DNA of 64,000 nt. Origin: Glycera tridactyla (taxonomy: Eukaryota). The notes under the pieces were generated by a model that saw nothing but the letters and a program-made list of their open reading frames with translations, was not told the origin of the DNA and did not search any database. The position numbers and the translations under genes were made by a program. The stretch's first letter is position 1; every line of letters begins with the position of its first letter. Positions 36,851 through 50,253 of this stretch are shown piece after piece. The stretch lies in contig OZ286460.1 in assembly GCA_965644265.1 (NCBI GenBank), positions 123,504,001-123,568,000 of the forward strand, written 5' to 3'.

Positions 36851-39800
36851 TACTCAGACTGATAACATCAGCAGTCATAACAAAGGGGACACTATTGTGT
36901 AGAGTGAATGAGCTCAAGGGACTCCACTGTGCAGCAGAGACGCCTCATGGAGAATGTAGAAGTAGGTCTCGAATGAGAGGTGGTCTGTGATGAGGGGACC
37001 TGTGATAAGAGACCATCCTGAATGTCACCAAATAGTGGTCTCTCAGGAGAGGTGATCACACATCAGGGGTAAATTATCCTCTGTCAATTATAAAAAATAA
37101 ATCTGATAAAGTGGTCTCCGGTTAGAGGGGGGGGGCTCATATCAGGGTTCCTCGCTCTAATGCGTGTCAAATATGGCTTGTCTGGAAAGATATGGTCTTG
37201 ATTGAGAGGTCTCACAGTCGAGTTGAACCGGCTTGAGAGACCACCTTTATACAAAGACCACCTATCCACAATGGCCACCCTGGGTTTTAACCAACATAGA
37301 ATTTCCCACTGCTAAGAACCTCTCTATAAAAGACACTTGTCAACAAAGACCACTTATTGATGCAATTGAAAGTGATAGACAGGTTTGACTGCACACCTGC
37401 GAAATACAGCAAGATTCACTCGAACCATTATATAAACGATTCACACTTTTAATGCAAATGATCTCAAATTTACATAGATCGCAGTTCGCGTGAACTCTGG
37501 ACACTAATTCTCGCATGCATGAATATTTACGGGGAGAATAGAGAGACCTGAGTCTGCATATTAAACGCCACAAATAGGTCATTAGCACACGCAGCTCCGG
37601 GATATATAGTGGGAGACAAGGGCCAAGATTCTAATGATAAAACACACTGGGAACTGATACGATTATAACTCAATATGATGATCACAAAAAATGGTAAAAA
37701 AATGATACTCCAACCTGGTAGAGACCATCCGTATATACAAAGGTCACCACCTGTCTACAGTTATACTCTCGGAAGCAAGGGGAATGATTTTCCCTACCTT
37801 CAAAATGATCAGTCAAAGCTGAAATGGTAAAAAGTGTAGCCAAACCTGCTCGAGAGACCATCCATATACAAAGATCACCGGCCTAAAATGACCACTTTTG
37901 AATGCAACCCAGTTCCTCTGTGAAGTAATAACATGAACCATTCCCTATATAGTCAGACCTGCTTGAGAGACCACCTCTCTATAAATGCCATTTATAAAGG
38001 CCACTTTTTCATGCAACCAAAGGTGGCCTTTATAGATATGTTCAACTACAGTGAAACCTGCTCGAGAGTAAACCTGCGCTAGGCAAAATCCTGTCTTAAG
38101 CACATACCCCATGGTCTGCCCGGATGGTTTTTTTCACTATAATTGTCCTGCGCTAAGCAAAATCCTGTCTTAAGTGAAAGAAAAATTTGGTCCCGTGACT
38201 TTTCACTCAAGACAGGTTATATCAAAGATATGATGCCCTTACATGGCTTCTGTGTGAAGTAATAGAAAGAACCATTCCCTATACAGCCCGACCTTCTTGA
38301 GAGACCACCTCTCTATAAAGGCCATTTATAAAGGCCACTTTTTCATGCAGTCAAACCTGGCCTTTGTAGACATGTTCAACTATATCAAACATATATTCTG
38401 TGTGAAATCATTACTACACCTATTCTATGTACAGTTGAACCTGCTCAAGGAACCACCTCTCTATGAATGTCATCTGCCTATAAAGGCAATTTTTTCATGC
38501 AACCGCTGGTCCTTATAGAAAGGTTAGACTGTAAACCCAAACCTATTCAGAACTACATCGAAATTCAGTAAACGGTTGAAACTTCAAACTTCTCAAGTTG
38601 TTTGTCTTAGCTGAAAACAAAAGCTTTCAGTACAAGAATGGCAGCAATTGTCAATCCTTTCTTACATGTCCATTGTCTGTTCCGAGCTGGACGGCAAGTT
38701 CCGACACCTCGGAACAAAGATATTCAGAATTGCATGACAAGACAACCAGATTATAGGGGTGGGGTGGCCAGCAATGACAATAGTTTCCATGATTTCTTTT
38801 TGAATCGACCAAACACGGTCAAGCTCCCATGATTAGCTAATCAGAGTCCATTAAGACACCAACAATGACTGTCACAAAAGAGGACAATCGGAAAACTTCA
38901 CAAGCCTTTGTCACGAGCAAGCGACTCAGCATGACCTTGAGAGTGATTCAGCCTGACCTTGAGGCTCGTTACATTCACGCAGAGCTCAACGAGTTGCCGG
39001 AGTGGCCTCTGAGAGCGTCAAAGTGGCCGTAGTTAGTCAACATTCAAAGCATTCCCGATGTGGCAAATCTGGCTCCTAACATCAGCCGGAGTTTGCCATG
39101 TTCATTCTCTACCCGAGCTACGGACGACCCATGTGACCTAGTGACACACCTGAAAATTAGATGCAGTCTAGAAAATTTTGAGGCACTACAATACAGTATA
39201 ACCTTTTATGCCAAACTCCCTGATGAGAATCCACCTCCAGTTTCTGTGAGACTACATCGTCCAACCTGCTCAAGAGAACACCTCTCTATAAAGACCACCC
39301 TGAGCTGTGACCATGATAATACTTCTTATTTTCACTGAGATAGACCTCTCTATAAAGGCTACTTTTCCATGCAAACAAAGGCAGTCTTGATAGAAAGGTT
39401 CAACTGTATTTTCAACAGAAAATAACCTCTCTATGATGACCAATAGCCTATAGAGGCCAATTTTCGATGCAACCAAAGGCAGTCTTTATGGACAGGTTTG
39501 ACTACCTTGGTTATACCTAAATGCAGAGAAAAGCAGGTGTTCATCTCCCTATATAGTAATCCTTCTCTCACATCACAGAGATCAAAACCCCAATTGTATG
39601 AGTCACCCCCCCCCCCCCATTAATTTCCCCCCCCCCCCCCACACACACACACACACATTGTGGCTCCTTTTAGTAACAACCCATTGTTCTTCAGCTTTTT
39701 GTCTCTGTGAGAAAGAGGGAGGGGAAGAGAATGGAAGTTTCCCCATTCATTCCATGGATTCAAAACTCATGCTAAACGCCAAATTAATTCTCAGTTTGTA

Positions 39801-40240
39801 GGATGACTATGTTTCTGGTAAACCACGGCATGTTTAATTGCACCTCTACCCACCTGTTCCCATCCATATCTAGGTCAGAATATTCAATCTCAGACCAAGA
39901 GATCCAATGACACAGAGGAAGGTCATTCAAATCAATCAAATCAACTCGAACATAAGAGCAGGCCTCCAAATATTCATCAAGTTCATTAGGCCCTTATTGA
40001 ACTAGAAATGTCACATGAACCATATCTCAAAATGATGAGCCACAGTTAACAGGATTAAAATCCTGGGCCTGTTGACCCATGATAGAAGATGATGGTGGGC
40101 CAAAAAGGCAGAAATAGGGGTCGAAGGCACAACACATGCTGAAGGACTAGATCTGGTGATTTCATGATTCTCTTGATACAAAGAGGCAGAAATGTACTGC
40201 TCAATCCAATTTACCCTGAGACAAATGTGGCCTGGAATAC

Positions 40241-40375
40241 CAGGACGAGAAGAGATAGCCGCCCAGATTTCAGAGGTGGGCAGGTGGAAAATGATCATAA
40301 ATGACTTGCATATATAAGCAGGGCAGGTGGATTTTCCAGGGGGCAGGTGGATATTTATGATGTCTTCTCGCCCTG
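40241..40375. mobile_element. Short CAGG-ended MITE (ggcaggt-repeat subfamily), 5-bp TSD
   Basis: TIRs caggacgagaagagat / atgtcttctcgccctg. TSD aatac / aatac. Confidence 0.85.
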
Positions 40376-40762
40376 AATACAACGTTCCCAGGTCTGGTGA
40401 GACCCCAACAGTGAGTAACCCCATGAGGGCAGTCGAAAATCAGGGCGATGGATCTAAATACCCTCAGCATCATCACAATGTGGTGGTAGGTGGGGGGGGG
40501 GGGTTACAAAAGACACGGAGGGGGGTTTGACTGTTATGGGGGTGTCTGATGGAATTCCAGGTGTGTTCAACACCCTGTGTGTAAACTAGATAGGGGAATT
40601 CCCCCCAAAAAGATGGGGGGGCTGGAAATGGTGCCAGCACTGACCCAGATTACTCAGATCACAATTGACTCATCAGGAAAAATCCTTCAGCATACCTTTA
40701 CATCTGTGGACCCAAAAACGCTTGAGCTCTTTCAACCTCAATCTTCGCCTAAGGAGTTCATA

Positions 40763-40937
40763 CAGTGAAACCTGTGACAAGAGTCCACCCTAAATGTCAC
40801 CAAGAAATGGTCTCTCAAAAGAGGTGGTCTACAGTCAGAGGTATATTTGACTATGTCAAATAAAAAGGCTGCCCTTGAAAGAGCAGTCCCCCTGAGGTGG
40901 TCTCTCGTACGGGGGTCTCTTGTCGCATGTTTCACTG
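40763..40937. mobile_element. TA-MITE subfamily B (cagtgaaacctgtgacaagag...)
   Basis: TA|cagtgaaacctgtgacaagag ... ctcttgtcgcatgtttcactg. Further copies at about 7026-7199, 18550-18712, 30381-30558, 35543-35660, 41580-41747 and 49834-50309. Confidence 0.85.
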
Positions 40938-41298
40938 TTTTTTCAGAGTTTCTAACTCTTGACTATGGACACTGTGTTGTATTTACGCATGTTTGAGATT
41001 GATTGATCGAGTATGGTGCAATATCGTCTTGACACCACATGGGTCATTCTGGACTCCCTGTTTGAGATATGGAATGAAGAGAATCATATCCTGTGTAAGA
41101 CGGCCAGAATTATCATGAGCGAAATAAGCCCAAGTCAGACAAATTCTAGGAGCCAAATTTAGATTCTGGTAGCCAGTCAATGGTGGGCCAACTGAAAATT
41201 CTCATGACTCAAGGAGCCATATCACTCCTAACTGAATATATGACAGGCACAGGTGAGAGTTGGTAGCAAACAGCTACCCACAAGTAGCAACAACAAGC

Positions 41299-41446
41299 CA
41301 GGGCAAGAAGACATCATAAAATCCACCTGCCCCCTCGAAAAATCCACCTGCCCCGCTTATATATGTCATTTATGATCATTTTTCACCTGCCCACCCATAA
41401 AATCTACCTGTCCCGGGCATGTGGGCAGCTATCTCTTCTCGCCCTG
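41299..41446. mobile_element. Short CAGG-ended MITE, same subfamily; TSD not conserved
   Basis: cagggcaagaagacatcat ... ctatctcttctcgccctg with internal cacctgccc repeats. Confidence 0.75.
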
Positions 41447-43554
41447 TCTGCCCCTTCCCCCCTCCAAAGTATTATTGGAATGAGGCCCCAGTGGGGGTTC
41501 CAGACACATATATACCAGCGGATTCCAGAACAGAGAGAATGGATGGTTTTTAATTATGAAGATGATCAGGTAGATGGAACAGTGGAACCTGCAATAAAAG
41601 ACAACCTCTGACGGGAGACCACTTTTCCAGGACACCTTTCCTATCTGACATAGCCAAGTATACCTCCAACGATAGACCGTCTCTTTTGAGAGACCATTTT
41701 CTGCTGATTTTTAGGGGGGGGGGGGTCTCTTTTCACAGGTTTCACTGTAACAGTTATTACACCATTTCTGTGTCTTTTCAGGTCATCCGTGACTGGACTG
41801 AAAGTGTATTTGAGCAAATAAATCTCATGCAATCATGAAATGTTCTATGTAAATATGCCGAGGTCACGGTAGCATGTCAATTAACCCAAACCTCAACATT
41901 GCATACATCACATTGGTTACTGTTTCAACCAACTTGTGGCCCGGGATTTCCCTGGTCTCCTCACATGGACCATGATCCCAGGTGTGGGGATGTCCAAACT
42001 AGGGAAATGCAGGGGTGCATCCAGGATTCTCTAAGTAGGCCAAGTGNNNNNNNNNNNNNNNNNNNNNNNNNNNNNNNNNNNNNNNNNNNNNNNNNNNNNN
42101 NNNNNNNNNNNNNNNNNNNNNNNNNNNNNNNNNNNNNNNNNNNNNNNNNNNNNNNNNNNNNNNNNNNNNNNNNNNNNNNNNNNNNNNNNNNNNNNNNNNN
42201 NNNNNNNNNNNNNNNNNNNNNNNNNNNNNNNNNNNNNNNNNNGATGTAAACCACCCGGGCAGTATAAAACATAAGCTGATCTGAGTAAGAATGTGGGGAG
42301 ACTATAGACTGATTCACCCCCCCCCCCTCCCCCCTCACCCCACCCCTACTAGTCCCACACACAATACAATCCCAAAGTCTGAATATATTTGTACACTGAG
42401 GCTTGCATATTTAGCTGTGCCTGCATGCAACCACCGGCAATGACAGCTCTCTGTGAGAAGGATGTTATTCATCAACCAGACAAGCAATAAAACAGTACCA
42501 GTATGCCCCCTCCACCCTCCACCCCCCATTAACTGCTAGCCCCTAACCAACTTGCCATTGAATGCAATCAATTTGTTGGTTTGACTGAATCATTACAAGA
42601 GTAGAGATATGTCTGAACTGTCAGGTGTACTTCTGCTTGACAACCTCACTGGTTCCCAATCACCTTGTGTTCAGGGTTTGTGAAAGTGATGCCTACATGG
42701 GACCAGGAACACACAGCATACATAATACCCAGGGTTGATACATGTCGTTAAACCACATCCAAACCAGAACAGGAGTCTGTGGGCTACTTACTTACCCCAC
42801 TTGGCAGTTTGTTGTGGGAGGGGGGGGGGTGTAAGGAGGGGGGTCCCACATGCTGAGAGGCCCCCAGTGGGGGTTCCAGACACATATATACCAGCGGATT
42901 CCAGAACAATACATTTACCCTTACAATGACAATAGCATGCCCCGCAACGACGACGTCACACACATCATGCATTCCCATGATACCAATCAGGTGTCGTCAT
43001 GGTCGATGTCGTCTAGAAATAGAATGATAATCAGCGGAGAACAATGGCAATTGTTCTGGTATTTGTGCTCATTGCGACCAGGAATTGACGTAAAATACAC
43101 CATTGTCATGGCAACCAATTGTCTACCTGCCCCCATGAATGGGGCAACGGATTTCATGATCAATTACCCCCTCCAGGGTAAATCTCAGGTCTTACTGATG
43201 TTGGGAGTAGCTTCCAGGATTTCCTAAAACAGAAGCATTCGCTCAAAAAAAATCCACCCCCGCCCAAATGGGTTCTCTGAAAAGGAATCAGTGCAATTCT
43301 TCGGCTAATTCGAGAGGGGCTTAACCCTGACTGCCGTGAAAAGGAGCCAATATCTAATGTAGTGTGTGGTGTTACCAGGAAGACACCAAGGATATCAACC
43401 TGCCCGACAGGAAATCCAACCTGCTCTGCTCATATATGCAAACCATTTATGATTTATGCAAACCATTTATGATTTCCAGACTACAATTGTTTTTTCTGGC
43501 CCCCTGAATCATATACAAATCACAGAATGCTAATGATAGGAGATATAACGGGGA

Positions 43555-43572
43555 CAGGCAGACAGACAGACA

Positions 43573-43637
<65 letters not shown>
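43555..43637. repeat. (GACA)n(CA)n microsatellite. Other (CA)n tracts flank gaps at about 13.1, 32.2, 44.7 and 50.8 kb; a (GA)-rich tract lies at 15.5 kb
   Basis: Directly visible. Confidence 0.95.
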
Positions 43638-43640
<3 letters not shown>

Positions 43641-45298
43641 ATTGATGATGCTTGACAAGTAGAAATGAAATCGATGCCAAATGGCTGTTTTAGAGTCTAT
43701 CTGGCACAGAGCTTGGCCAAAACTCATTAGCAGAATAGATGTTCCTGACTTGCTGATTGGTCTAACCATCGATACACTGCCACCCATCCAGCTCCAATAT
43801 CATCTGAGGAAGATTGCTTGGATCAAATTCACCAATAATACACTGGATGAAAGTTGACCTTTCTTTTTTTTTTAGGGGCGGGGGGGGGGGTTCAGGTTTA
43901 ATGTCACGTCAGCTCCATTTGTGACACATATGCAATGGGCATGGGTTCCAAACGAAGATGGGGAGGGGGGGGGGGGGCAGAAACACACACATGAAATGTG
44001 CCAAATGCCCNNNNNNNNNNNNNNNNNNNNNNNNNNNNNNNNNNNNNNNNNNNNNNNNNNNNNNNNNNNNNNNNNNNNNNNNNNNNNNNNNNNNNNNNNN
44101 NNNNNNNNNNNNNNNNNNNNNNNNNNNNNNNNNNNNNNNNNNNNNNNNNNNNNNNNNNNNNNNNNGTATGCATGCACCTACATACATGCATGCATGCAAC
44201 ACATGCTAGTTAAGATAAGTCATAGAGAAGCCATTCACCTAGACATACAACAATAGGGCCCGACTCCACCTGTTTGCACCAGCAAGACAATGGTACAGTT
44301 GAGGTGCATTCACTATTTAAACTATTTAAATACCTTACATCAACACTGGGGTACTACTGCTAGGATGACTATAGTCTCTTTCATCTCACCCTGCGGCAAT
44401 GTATCGACTTGACAGATCATGCATGGAAGCAGGAATGCATGTATGCATCGCAATCACATGCNNNNNNNNNNNNNNNNNNNNNNNNNNNNNNNNNNNNNNN
44501 NNNNNNNNNNNNNNNNNNNNNNNNNNNNNNNNNNNNNNNNNNNNNNNNNNNNNNNNNNNNNNNNNNNNNNNNNNNNNNNNNNNNNNNNNNNNNNNNNNNN
44601 NNNNNNNNNNNNNNNNNNNNNNNNNNNNNNNNNNNNNNNNNNNNNNNNNNNNNNNNNNNNNNNNNNNNNNNNNAAACACACACTCACACANNNNNNNNNN
44701 NNNNNNNNNNNNNNNNNNNNNNNNNNNNNNNNNNNNNNNNNNNNNNNNNNNNNNNNNNNNNNNNNNNNNNNNNNNNNNNNNNNNNNNNNNNNNNNNNNNN
44801 NNNNNNNNNNNNNNNNNNNNNNNNNNNNNNNNNNNNNNNNNNNNNNNNNNNNNNNNNNNNNNNNNNNNNNNNNNNNNNNNNNNNNNNNNNNTACTTTTCA
44901 TCAATGTAGTGAAAATGCAATTTCCACCACTATACTCCATTCAATAAAAGAACCTGTCATCTACTAATGGTGTATTTTCTCAGTGTTTTCTTAACAAGAA
45001 CAGCCTATATAAATGTGTATGTGTCCCGCCGCGACATGCATAGGAAGTGTACGGCGCTGCGCTTGAATAGCGATCTATAAACCGGCGATATTGTGCCACT
45101 ATTTACACCATGTTTACAGATCAAGTTCGATGTGCAATGCAAATTTATCCATAACATACATCGAGTGAACGACCGAGTGAGTGTATCAAGCCCCTATCTA
45201 GACATCTGGGCCTCTGCACACGAGAACTGATGCATATAACTCACATTGTATCCATATTCAGGAAGGAGACCCTTATTCAGAATTCAAGATATGTTGTC

Positions 45299-45840
45299 CA
45301 TACCTGCCAACCCTGAGTCACGGCGTTCAGTAGTGACCCACCTCGGTTTCAGTAGTTTTGGTTTATTTTCAGTAGTGATATTTTCATAATTTTCAGTAGT
45401 TATTTTGGATACTTTCTGTGCCATGGCAAAGGTAGCACTTGAAAATGACATCATCGTCATATCAATACATTATTTCCAAATGATTCCATTGATATCGGAA
45501 TGAGACAAAAACATGTGTATTGATGAACAGGTATGTATGCATATATCATATGATGTCATGTGTGATGAGGCTTTTCATATTTTTTTTTTCTATACAAATC
45601 TCTGAGCACCCCTTAGTGAGATTGATGATGTCATCAAATTATGGATGACTACACATGGGAACTTGTGAAATTATCAGCTTTCCATCAACATTTCATGAAT
45701 ATTTGGCAACGCTTGGCTAGGAACAATGTTTTTTGGGGTAGGGCTTCATTTCAGTAGTTTCTCAGAGGCCTCAGTAGTTCAGTAGTTTTGACCTCATTTC
45801 AGTAGTGACTACTGAAGTTCAGTAGTACTTGGCAGGTATG
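45299..45840. mobile_element. hAT-like non-autonomous element with 6-bp TSD
   Basis: Perfect 12-bp TIR catacctgccaa / ttggcaggtatg. TSD gttgtc / gttgtc. Subterminal tcagtagt repeats (4 left, 5 right). Confidence 0.9.
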
Positions 45841-47041
45841 GTTGTCATGAACGCAAACATATCCCCCCCCCCTTCCCCCACACACACACGTAGATTTTCC
45901 AGGTGGGCAGGTTGATTTTCCTGATGTCTTCTCGCCCGCTCTAGTCTGCTGTATTCACAGCATAAGACAGTGACCAAAATGGACTCAGTGGCAGCTATAT
46001 GAATCAATCCCATGTTCACAGGGTAACACTGGTCAACATCCTTAATACCAGAAATGACACATTAAGTGTCTGTGAATTTTATAAATTTTCACTTTCTAGG
46101 AAGAGTCTCAACTGATCCCCCCTACGCCCATTGCACTGGTGTCACAATATAGCACATGTGGTGTAGATGTGACAATGAACGAGAACGAACCGACCAATCT
46201 ACTCTACTTTCTGTTTCCCGAGGGGAAGCATTTCTATCAGACTCGACTGTCTGCTTCCAGCCAGTTACAATATGGTAGGATATGTCATATTAAGGTTCAC
46301 CGTGTTCTTGTTAGATGGTCAAAGGTGTGTCTGAACAATCAGATACCTCCACCTGACAACCTTTCAAGGTGCCAATCATCTTGTGTTTGGGGTTTGTGAG
46401 AGTGATGCCTGCAAGGAAGAGAACATCTAGCTTCCATCGACCAGGAACGCACCACATACATAATCCTCCATGTTGACGCAATCAATAAATTCCTCGGAAA
46501 TGCCATTTTTTGTGCCACAACTCACGACAATAGGGCCCCAACTGTCTACAATGGTAAGATGATCTTTGTGTACAGTTTTCTTCGCTAGAGGGCATGACCT
46601 TCTGGTCAGAAGCGGGTCAAGAATGTGAGAGTAGACAGAGTGGTCAGTTCCCAGGACAGAGGTCTACTGTATCTCGTCCTTGTTCAGCAGGTGAGGTCCA
46701 CAGCAATGAGACATTTCCATACGGAGAGCCTGCAGCATGGGCCTGCAGCGCCGGGGCTAAGCCACAACAACACAGAGCAAGGTGCAGGAGGAAACAAAGC
46801 ACAAATCAAAGGTAACGAGCTATCTTTATTCAGCGCAACATACCAGAGGACATCTTTCCCCGGGGCCCATTGCTTCAGACATGTCGTGTTCGCTGGTTCA
46901 TATCATGTCGCAAAACAATCCTGATCTCTACACCCTGACGCAATCATTATTGAGGCCAGATTTGCGGACGGAATTCAATACTTCTTCTATACATCTCCCA
47001 CAACTAGGTTGAAGTTTTTCCAGGCTGATTTCATGCCCATG

Positions 47042-47230
47042 CAGGACTAAAAGATCTCAAAAAATATCCACCAGCCACATTTCAAATCCTGCCCCCTTGA
47101 AAATTCAACCTGCTCCCATTGTATGGTCGTTACATTTATTGACATTCATTGCCAGCCCGCCAGGTGAATCGCAATATCTACCTGCCCACCTTAGAAATCG
47201 GGCAGGTGGGAGGTTACCTCTTGTCGCTCT
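47042..47230. mobile_element. Diverged CAGG-ended MITE
   Basis: caggactaaaaga ... tcttgtcgctctg with internal cctgccc repeats. Flanks ccatg / ccaga (3/5). Confidence 0.5.
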
Positions 47231-47964
47231 GCCAGAGGGAAAAATTGTCCCAAATGATGAGAGATTATGGTTGGCTGTGAAGGCAGAAAGGTTTATTGCC
47301 CAGGCCTCTTGCAGGACAAGCGAAATAGTTCAATGGCAACTAGCCAGGATGGGTTATTTGAACTCAATACAGACTTGTCTGTCTTTGACTTTCATTTTGT
47401 TTATTATGAGAGTTCAATTTATTCCCAGCTTTACATGCACAAGTCTACGAATCACTTGTGCAGTGACAAAAGACAAGCGGTTAACTTCAGCTTCCCGCAT
47501 GTGGCAGTTGACCCATCCTGCACCAACCCTCAATCGACCACCCTCTCGCTGATCCGAATCACGATACACACGGTATCATTTCATCAGACTTTTACAACAT
47601 ACTTTTTACGAGTTCCGAATGTCCATGCCACTAGAATGAGCCCCATATAGCGTGAGATGAGTCTGGCTCTCTCCGCGTATCACATGAAAACATCCTTCGA
47701 GCGCTTCTTGTACATTCACAATAGACGAGTACGAAGAAGAATGTGACGAGAAAAAACGACCAGTGAGATCGGAATCGGATGACCTATATAGACATTTATC
47801 AGTCCGACAACAACAACAGGCGTATTTACTCAGGACCGCCTGATAAAAACACCAGCGAGAGCGAGAGCCAACGAGATGCGGCAAAGTAAAGTCACATGGT
47901 GACAGATCAGTGAAGCGTGACAATGACGAACCTGTTGTAAGATGGCGAACAATGACATGCACGC

Positions 47965-49032
47965 CTAACTCTCATGTCACATGTGACCAACTCTAGTGTC
48001 ACATGTAACCTAACTCCGGTGTGACATGGACCCAACTCTGGTGTCACATGACCCAACTCTAGTGTCACATGGACCCAACTCTAGTGTCACATGGACCCAA
48101 CTCTAGGGTGACATGGACCCAACTCTAGTGTCACAAGGACCCAACTCTAGTGTCACATGGACCCAACTCTAGAGTCACAAGGACCCAACTCTAGTGTCAC
48201 AAGGACCCAACTCTAGTGTCACAAGGACCCAACTCTAGTGTCACAAGGACCCAACTCTAGGGTGACATGGACCCAACTCTAGTGTCACAAGGACCCAACT
48301 CTAGGGTGACATGGACCCAACTCTAGTGTCACAAGGACCCAACTCTAGGGTGACATGGACCCAACTCTAGGGTCACAAGGACCCTACTCTAGTGTCACAA
48401 GGACCCAACTCTGGGGGGACATGGACCCAACTCTGGTGTCACATGCAACCAACTCTAGTGTCACATGGACCCAACTTTAGGGTGACATGGACCCAACTCT
48501 GGTGTCACATGCACCCAACTCTAGTGTCACAAGGACCCAACTCTAGGGTGACATGGACCCAACTCTAGTGTCACAAGGAGCCAACTCTAGGGTGACATGG
48601 ACCCAACTCTAGTGTCACAAGGACCCAACTCTAGGGTGACATCGACCCAACTCTAGGGTCACAAGGACCCTACTCTAGTGTCACAAGGACCCAACTCTAG
48701 GGTGACATGGACCCAACTTCAGGGTGACATGGACCCAACTCTGGTGTCACATGCACCCAACTCTAGTGTCACATAGACCCAACTCTAGGGTGACATGGAC
48801 CCAACTCAAGGGTGACACTCTAGGGTGAAATGGATCCAACTCTGGTGTCACATACACCGAACTCTAGTGTCACATGCACCCAACTCTAGGGTCACAGAGA
48901 CCCAACTCAAACTCTGGTGTCACATGACCCAACTCTGGTGTCACATGGACCCAACCCTAGTGTCACACAAACCTACCTCTGATGTTACATGATCCCAACT
49001 CTAATGTCACATGTACCTAACTTTTGTGTCAC
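47965..49032. repeat. Minisatellite, 22-bp unit (ggacccaactctagtgtcacat), about 47 copies
   Basis: ggaccc recurs at 48071, 48093, 48115 and onward. The array degenerates at both ends. Confidence 0.97.
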
Positions 49033-50092
49033 ACCGACCTAACTCAAACGTTGACTTCACATCACATTTCATGCTATCATGTGATTGGATCACTGAAAAC
49101 ATGCATATAACACCAACAAGGGGCCTCAATGAGCGGTCTGGCATTAAAAAAGCCTCAGCTACACCATCAAGACAAATCAACAAGTCAGAATCCATTTTGT
49201 TAACCATGATATTCACAGAGAATCAAGGTATCATTTCTGGGGAGGGGGAGGGGGAGGGTTGTGCATTCGGAGGCGGTGGTTGCCGCCAGGTGGCTGCAAT
49301 CTGGAATATTATCTGCACGATCAGATCTCAGCACCTGCCGCCGCCGAGACAGCGCCCACATTGTTCTGCTCCAACCAGGACTGACGGAATGATGATGATG
49401 ATGGCAACAACACCGCTTCCACCATTATCATGTCTNNNNNNNNNNNNNNNNNNNNNNNNNNNNNNNNNNNNNNNNNNNNNNNNNNNNNNNNNNNNNNNNN
49501 NNNNNNNNNNNNNNNNNNNNNNNNNNNNNNNNNNNNNNNNNNNNNNNNNNNNNNNNNNNNNNNNNNNNNNNNNNNNNNNNNNNNNNNNNNNNNNNNNNNN
49601 NNNNNNNNNNNNNNNNNNNNNNNNNNNNNNNNNNNNNNNNNNNNNNNNNNNNNNNNNNNNNNNNNNNNNNNNNNNNNNNNNNNNNNNNNNNNNNNNNNNN
49701 NNNNNNNNNNNNNNTGTGTACATCATGCCTAACATGAACATGATGAAGCTAACAATGGCATATCTAACTATGTAACTGGCTGGAAGCAGACACTCAAGAC
49801 TGGTAGCAATACATGTAGCCTCAAGGTGCGCTACCGTGAAATCTGTGACGAGAGACTGTCAGCAAAAAGTGGTCTCTCAAAATAGGTGGTCTCTCGTCAG
49901 AGGTATGTTTGACTATGTCAAACACAAAACCTGCCCTGAATAAGTGGTCTCCCGTCAGAGGTGGTCTCTTGTCAGGGGGTCTCTCGTTGAGAATCCACCC
50001 TAGATGCCAACAAAATGTGGTCTCACAAAAGTGGTCTTTGATTAGAGGAATATTTGACTGTGTCAAATGGACAAACGGATCACAGGAGATGG

Positions 50093-50253
50093 CAGGGCAA
50101 GGACACACCAGGAAAAACTACCTGCCCACCAGGAAAATCAACCTGCCCTGCTTATACATGCAAGTCATTCATGATGAATTTCTACCTGCTCACCTAGAAA
50201 ATCCACCTGCCCCAACCGGGAGGTGGGGGGGAGGGCTATCTCTTCTCATCCTG
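50093..50253. mobile_element. Short CAGG-ended MITE, 5-bp TSD, nested in a TA-MITE
   Basis: cagggcaaggacac ... ctatctcttctcatcctg. TSD gatgg / gatgg. Interrupts host 49834-50309. Confidence 0.85.

Noticed and set aside
38846-39033. Plus-strand protein-like stretch ...KRLSMTLRVIQPDLEARYIHAELNELPEWP...
   Set aside because: Short, weak acceptor and no recognisable domain.
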